A DNA stretch of 64,000 nucleotides from Vulcanisaeta sp. AZ3 (GTDB taxonomy: Archaea; Thermoproteota; Thermoprotei; Thermoproteales; Thermocladiaceae): positions 1-64,000 of the forward strand of contig JZWU02000006.1 in NCBI GenBank assembly GCA_000960865.2. The letters are read 5' to 3'. Position 1 is the stretch's first letter. Each line of letters begins with the position of its first letter. The notes under the pieces are model-generated. The model ran no database searches, was not told the origin of the DNA, and saw only the letters and a program-made list of their open reading frames with translations. The position numbers and the translations under genes are program-made. Shown piece by piece: positions 59,420 through 64,000 of the stretch.

Positions 59420-59830
59420 TTGGGATTGAGCGTGAGGATATCCAATAGAGAGCTCCTATATCTATTAATGATTAAGGAGAAAAATGATGAGGGTTATGGT
59501 GCGTCCATATTCGGTGTCGCAAAGGCTCTCGGTGTATCCACCGCAAGTGCCTATGAAGAAATAAGGCACTTGATAGCGAAGGGTCTTGTGGAGAAGAGGG
59601 ATGAGGGAATTTACGTAACTGACGAGGGTATTAAGGAAATGAATTTATTAATTAAGGCACATAGAGTCGTTGAAACCCTATTAGTAAAGGCAGGCATTAA
59701 TCCAGACAGAGCTTGTGAGCTTGCCAAATCCTTCGATTATGCAATTCCTGAAGAAGTTATTGAGAAACTTTATGAGTATTTAGGAAAACCAAGCATGTGC
59801 CCCCACGGTAGGGAGATACCAAGCTCATAA
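59420..59830 (+). CDS. DtxR/MntR family metal-dependent transcriptional regulator
   Basis: VAKALGVSTASAYE helix-turn-helix, HRVVETLL and CPHG..IP. Confidence 0.9.
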   Translation: MGLSVRISNRELLYLLMIKEKNDEGYGASIFGVAKALGVSTASAYEEIRHLIAKGLVEKRDEGIYVTDEGIKEMNLLIKAHRVVETLLVKAGINPDRACELAKSFDYAIPEEVIEKLYEYLGKPSMCPHGREIPSS

Positions 59831-59890
59831 ATTACTATATACATAATATACACAATAATGCTTAATAAGGAATCTATTGTTCAGTGAGTA

Positions 59891-60796
59891 ATGAGATATG
59901 TATGGGTGAATGGTAAGTTAGTCTCGGAAGGAGAGGCTGTAATTCCAATACTAACCCATGCTCTTCATTACGGTACATCCGTATTCGAAGGTATAAGAGC
60001 TTACTGGAATCCCAATGTGAATAATTTATTTATTTTTAGGGCTAAAGAGCACTATGTCAGGTTTCATAATTCAGCCAAAATTATGAGTATTAGGATTGAG
60101 TATGGAGTTGATGAGTTAATTGACGCTACGGTTAAGCTGCTGAGGGCTAATGAGGTACGCGAGGATGTGTATATAAGGCCCATAGCCTTTGTGTCGGCCA
60201 ATACTATCAACTTAGATATTAGGGATTTGAATGTTACGACAGCAATAATAACGGTACCCTTCGGGCATTATTTAGAGCCGAGAGGTGTTAGAGCCAAGGT
60301 GGTCAGTTGGTTGAGAATTCATAATTCCATGTTCCCTATGAAGGCTAAGGTTGGTGGTATTTATGTGAACTCAGTGATAGCGTTACTAGATGCTAAGATT
60401 AGTGGTTTTGATGAGGCAATAATGCTGAATAAAGACGGATATGTGGCTGAGGGCAGCGGAGAGAATATATTCATTGTTAAGGATGGCATTTTATACACAC
60501 CTGCAACCTACGATTCGATACTTGAGGGTATAACCAGGGATACTATTATGGAAATAGCTAAGGATCTTGGGTTAACGATAATTGAGAGAAGGATTACCAG
60601 GGAGGAACTCTATACAGCTGATGAGGTATTCTTCGTTGGAACAGCTGCGGAGGTCACGCCTGTGATTAATATTGATGGTAAGATTATAGGTAACGGGGAA
60701 CCTGGTGAGATAACGATGAAAATTAGGAATTATTACATGGACATTGTTCATGGAAGAGTTAGTAAGTACATGCATTGGCTAACGCCAATTTATTAG
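59891..60796 (+). CDS. ilvE: Branched-chain amino acid aminotransferase
   Basis: HALHYGTSVFEGIRAY, AKVGGIY, EGSGENIF, LEGITR and GTAAEVTP. Confidence 0.96.
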   Translation: MRYVWVNGKLVSEGEAVIPILTHALHYGTSVFEGIRAYWNPNVNNLFIFRAKEHYVRFHNSAKIMSIRIEYGVDELIDATVKLLRANEVREDVYIRPIAFVSANTINLDIRDLNVTTAIITVPFGHYLEPRGVRAKVVSWLRIHNSMFPMKAKVGGIYVNSVIALLDAKISGFDEAIMLNKDGYVAEGSGENIFIVKDGILYTPATYDSILEGITRDTIMEIAKDLGLTIIERRITREELYTADEVFFVGTAAEVTPVINIDGKIIGNGEPGEITMKIRNYYMDIVHGRVSKYMHWLTPIY

Positions 60797-61156
60797 ATAT
60801 CTCAAATAACTACAAACCTCAAAATGAACTATCGAGACACGTTAAAGTACTACTCATACTACTTACTTGGATCTCCTCTCTGCCTTAGTTTTAGATAGTT
60901 CATCGCTAGTAAACGGTTTTGTTATTCATTTCTACTTGTCTGGCGATAGTTCATGGGCTGGGTCTTCAGCTATATCTCTCTGGCAGAGAACCCTTCTGCA
61001 TTTCTTAGAGCTACGCAGAGAGTACTAGGTATGCATTATATTTTTCTCTGCACAGAGAAATCCATGCATTAGCTAGTATCAAGAAAACGAAGATATAAAA
61101 ATCACTAAAAACGAGTTTTATATCGTTGTGTCAAATGTTAGAATAAATAACTCTTA

Positions 61157-61176
61157 TATTTTCACCTTAGAAAATA
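61157..61176. promoter_or_regulatory. Inverted repeat TATTTTC-N6-GAAAATA overlapping the TATA region of the DUF2250-like gene
   Basis: Perfect 7-bp inverted repeat 15-35 nt upstream of ATG 61192. Confidence 0.35.
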
Positions 61177-61191
61177 GCACATGTTGTATCT

Positions 61192-61494
61192 ATGAATAAC
61201 GAGGAGCTCATACGTGCATTAAGTGAGAGGAATGAACTATTGATTGTAATGAAGCATCTTAAGAAAGCTGGAGTTGATTATGGAAAATCAATATCAAGGA
61301 ATACAGGAATACCACTTAGGAGTGTCCTTGAGATCTTGGATGAGTTAGAAAAGCTTGGTATGGTGGAGAGAGTTCAGGGTAAGGTTCTTAAAAGGAGCAA
61401 GGCTAGATTTAAGTTAAGCAATGAAGTTCGTAAGCATCACGTTTATTACAGATTGAGCAGACAGGGTGAATTAATACTTAGAGAGTTAAGGTAA
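61192..61494 (+). CDS. DUF2250-like winged-helix protein
   Basis: HLKKAGVDYGKSI and KHHVYYRLSRQG. Confidence 0.8.
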   Translation: MNNEELIRALSERNELLIVMKHLKKAGVDYGKSISRNTGIPLRSVLEILDELEKLGMVERVQGKVLKRSKARFKLSNEVRKHHVYYRLSRQGELILRELR

Positions 61495-61581
61495 CTAAGG
61501 CCGGTGTGTAGTGTAGCAAATAATAAATAATCAATGCATGAGTGAGAATAAGAACTGAGAGAATTCATCCTTTTAGATTGA

Positions 61582-62598
61582 CTAAGGTTGGAGAATCTTC
61601 CTTTTATCGAGCTCCTCCTTAAGCCTATCGATGGGTAGAGTGGTTATTGGATTAATGCCGAGCAAATCAGCTAACGCTAATGTTACTATGCCCAAGTATG
61701 CTATACCAAACATCTCAGCCTCTAGCGGTGTTGATCCTTCCAATCTAACAACTAATGGTTTTGCGCCTAGGTAGGATATTACGTCCAGTAGGGTCTCTAG
61801 GTACTTACCTTCATAATCATTAGGCCCCATAATTGCTATATGCTTCATATTGGGTTGTTTTGTAATTACGGCTGCTATGTCATTATGAGCGCCCTCGGGT
61901 ATTACGGATACTATGGAGAAGTACTTTGCGTTCTCATTAAGGTCGTTCTTCCATCTAATACCAACACCACGCCTACTCTCTGTGACCCAAATTACGGGTA
62001 CAGTATTTACTAATTCCTTCGCCAGCCTAACGGCTTCATCGATAACCTTAAGCGCTCTCTCAATACCATTAATACCACTCTCTAACTCATTCATTATGGG
62101 CATAACTCCAAATTTATCAAGTATTACAAGAGCTGGGTATAGTAAGGCTGGTAATCCGTATCTTGGTGCCGAGGCCTTGGGAATTAGAATTACTGGTACA
62201 CCCTTACTACTTAGTATTGTTTCTAATTTACCTCCAGTCGTTATACCAATAACTGGGTATCCTCTAGATAATGCCTCCTCGGCGCTTATTATGGTCTCAG
62301 CCGTATTCCCTGAGTAGCTTATGGCTATTACGAGAGGTTTTGATAATCTCCTTGGTAATCTCATGTTCTTGCTGATTATTACTGGAGCACTACAGTTCGA
62401 GAGCCAGCATATATCATTTATTATGTCGCCAACAACGCCACTACCACCCATTCCAGTGATTACTACTGAATCAATATTATCACTGTAATCAATAATCTTA
62501 CCCTCTATATTTAGCCTAATGTTTCTGATATCAGTAGGTATGCCTAGTATTGACTCGCGGGCTAACGAAGGCCATCTTGGATAGTCAAGTAAGTCCAT
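61582..62598 (-). CDS. Bifunctional phosphoglucose/phosphomannose isomerase (crenarchaeal PGI/PMI)
   Basis: GMGGSG, SYSGNTAET, PR, RWKNDLNENAK and PEGAHN. Confidence 0.93.
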   Translation of the reverse strand: MDLLDYPRWPSLARESILGIPTDIRNIRLNIEGKIIDYSDNIDSVVITGMGGSGVVGDIINDICWLSNCSAPVIISKNMRLPRRLSKPLVIAISYSGNTAETIISAEEALSRGYPVIGITTGGKLETILSSKGVPVILIPKASAPRYGLPALLYPALVILDKFGVMPIMNELESGINGIERALKVIDEAVRLAKELVNTVPVIWVTESRRGVGIRWKNDLNENAKYFSIVSVIPEGAHNDIAAVITKQPNMKHIAIMGPNDYEGKYLETLLDVISYLGAKPLVVRLEGSTPLEAEMFGIAYLGIVTLALADLLGINPITTLPIDRLKEELDKRKILQP

Positions 62599-62662
62599 GA
62601 TTCACCGCATATTGTACTCTTTTGTAAGTTTTAAGTATTTAACCTTACTTAATATAATTACG

Positions 62663-64000
62663 GTGTTATTTAGAGTCATCATTAATAGTGAGGTTGAAGT
62701 CAGGAGGGTTTGGGATTGGGATAGAGTTTCTAAGGTTAAGGATAGACTTAAGGAACTCGGCTTTAGATGGAATGGTGAGTACTGGTCAGGTAAGGTCTAC
62801 TCATTATCCCTAATTAAGGAACTTAAGGAATTACTTGATTTGAAGGGTGACGAGATTGAGAAGATCTTGAAATCAATAATGATCAATTCATCAGGTGGTG
62901 TAATTGGTATTGAGAATATTGATGGCCTTAACCTACCCAGCGAATGCATCTTAGGCGAGGAAGGTGGATTATTTGTAGTATCACTCTCATGCTTAGTGAG
63001 AAATTTCATTAAAAATGACAGAGACAATATAAGTTCTGTTTCGTCTTTCGAGGAGTACGTAGATAGGGCCTTAGAGACAATTCGAGGAATATTCATTAAT
63101 AGACCCATAACTGGCGACCTTGAACTTGCCCTGAAGAGAGCTAAAGAGTTTACATTGGCCAATGAGAAGTTAAAGGCGATCTTCACAAGAAGGCTTGAGT
63201 GGTGGACCGCAAAACTTAACCTAGACCACGTTGAACTACACTTCCTATCTAAGAGTTTCCATGAAGCCATTAGAAGCTTAACCGTGCCTTACTACGTGGT
63301 TGATAAGGATGGAAGTCTGATCAAGCATGACCTAAGATTGGTGCGTAAAGGTGACATTGAGAGAGGTGAGGGTAGGATCATTGTGAGATTTCCCATATTC
63401 ATTAGGGATAAAGTTAAGGAATTACTGATCAAGAGCGGTTATAAGGTTATTGACAATGCTTGGGCGCCCAGGACAATACAAGTACCTAAGGATGACATCA
63501 AGCTTCTACCCTTTCAGGAGAAGGCCCTAAAGGCATGGCTTGAGGCTGGTAGAAGAGGCACTGTTGTGGTTCCTACGGGTGGCGGTAAGACATTCATAGC
63601 TTTAAAGGCCTTAGCCATGGTTAAGGTACCAACCATAATTCTCGTGATTACTGAGGAATTAATGAACCAGTGGTACGAGAGGATAATGAAATACCTAGGT
63701 GTTAAGGCGGGTAGATTAGGTGGTGGATTTGATGATGTTAGGGATGTTACTGTGGCTATATACAACTCAGCCGTGAATAGGATAATGGATATTAGGGATA
63801 AGTTTGACTTAGCAATATTTGATGAGGCGCATCATGTTCCTGCAGACACGTTTAAGGAAGTTGCATTTAGACTTAGGACTCCGTATAGGCTTGCATTATC
63901 AGCTACCCCAAGGAGGAGCGATAATAATGAACATTTAATATTCTTAAGCTCAGGTGATATTGTTTATCAAGCCGATTATAGGGATATGGTGGAGACAAGG
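62663..64000 (+). CDS. XPB/Rad25-like SF2 helicase (partial, runs off the window edge)
   Basis: GTG 62663 is in frame with LLPFQEKAL, VPTGGGKT (Walker A), DEAHH and LSATP.R.D; long N-terminal extension. Confidence 0.88.
   Translation, partial: MLFRVIINSEVEVRRVWDWDRVSKVKDRLKELGFRWNGEYWSGKVYSLSLIKELKELLDLKGDEIEKILKSIMINSSGGVIGIENIDGLNLPSECILGEEGGLFVVSLSCLVRNFIKNDRDNISSVSSFEEYVDRALETIRGIFINRPITGDLELALKRAKEFTLANEKLKAIFTRRLEWWTAKLNLDHVELHFLSKSFHEAIRSLTVPYYVVDKDGSLIKHDLRLVRKGDIERGEGRIIVRFPIFIRDKVKELLIKSGYKVIDNAWAPRTIQVPKDDIKLLPFQEKALKAWLEAGRRGTVVVPTGGGKTFIALKALAMVKVPTIILVITEELMNQWYERIMKYLGVKAGRLGGGFDDVRDVTVAIYNSAVNRIMDIRDKFDLAIFDEAHHVPADTFKEVAFRLRTPYRLALSATPRRSDNNEHLIFLSSGDIVYQADYRDMVETR

Noticed and set aside
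62797-63765. Minus-strand ORFs 62797-63270 and 63514-63765
   Set aside because: Antisense to the helicase gene on the plus strand.
1-64000. CRISPR array, cas genes or rRNA genes
   Set aside because: No regularly spaced direct repeats, cas motifs or long GC-rich rRNA-like stretch was seen by eye.

Overview
Gene-dense 64-kb chromosomal segment of a hyperthermophilic crenarchaeon of the Thermoproteales, most consistent with Vulcanisaeta/Caldivirga. This is inferred from the protein sequences, dispersed ribosomal protein genes, near-leaderless TATA promoters and a multi-intron tRNA. Content is mostly housekeeping: RsmA, RNase Z, type IA topoisomerase, XPD- and XPB-like helicases, Elp3, GluRS, eight ribosomal proteins (including an L40e missed by the ORF track), SRP19 and an Sm protein. 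It also holds a probably complete but scattered histidine-utilisation (hut) pathway, thiamine salvage, metal homeostasis and glycosylation genes. Most notable non-obvious elements: (1) a tRNA-Pro(CGG) split by three introns, with the anticodon on a 4-nt micro-exon and a third splice motif that can only form after the second intron is removed; (2) a fossil IS200/IS605 tnpB element with its right-end/omega-RNA region, next to a VirB2-like pilin candidate; (3) two hypothetical proteins with nuclease-like motifs (minimal FEN1/PIN-like and YqgF/RNase H-like); (4) several single-base indels at homopolymer runs (tenA, an MFS gene, a DsrK-like gene) that may be sequencing errors. No CRISPR array, rRNA or intact mobile element was seen. 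All calls were made by eye from motifs; no searches were run.
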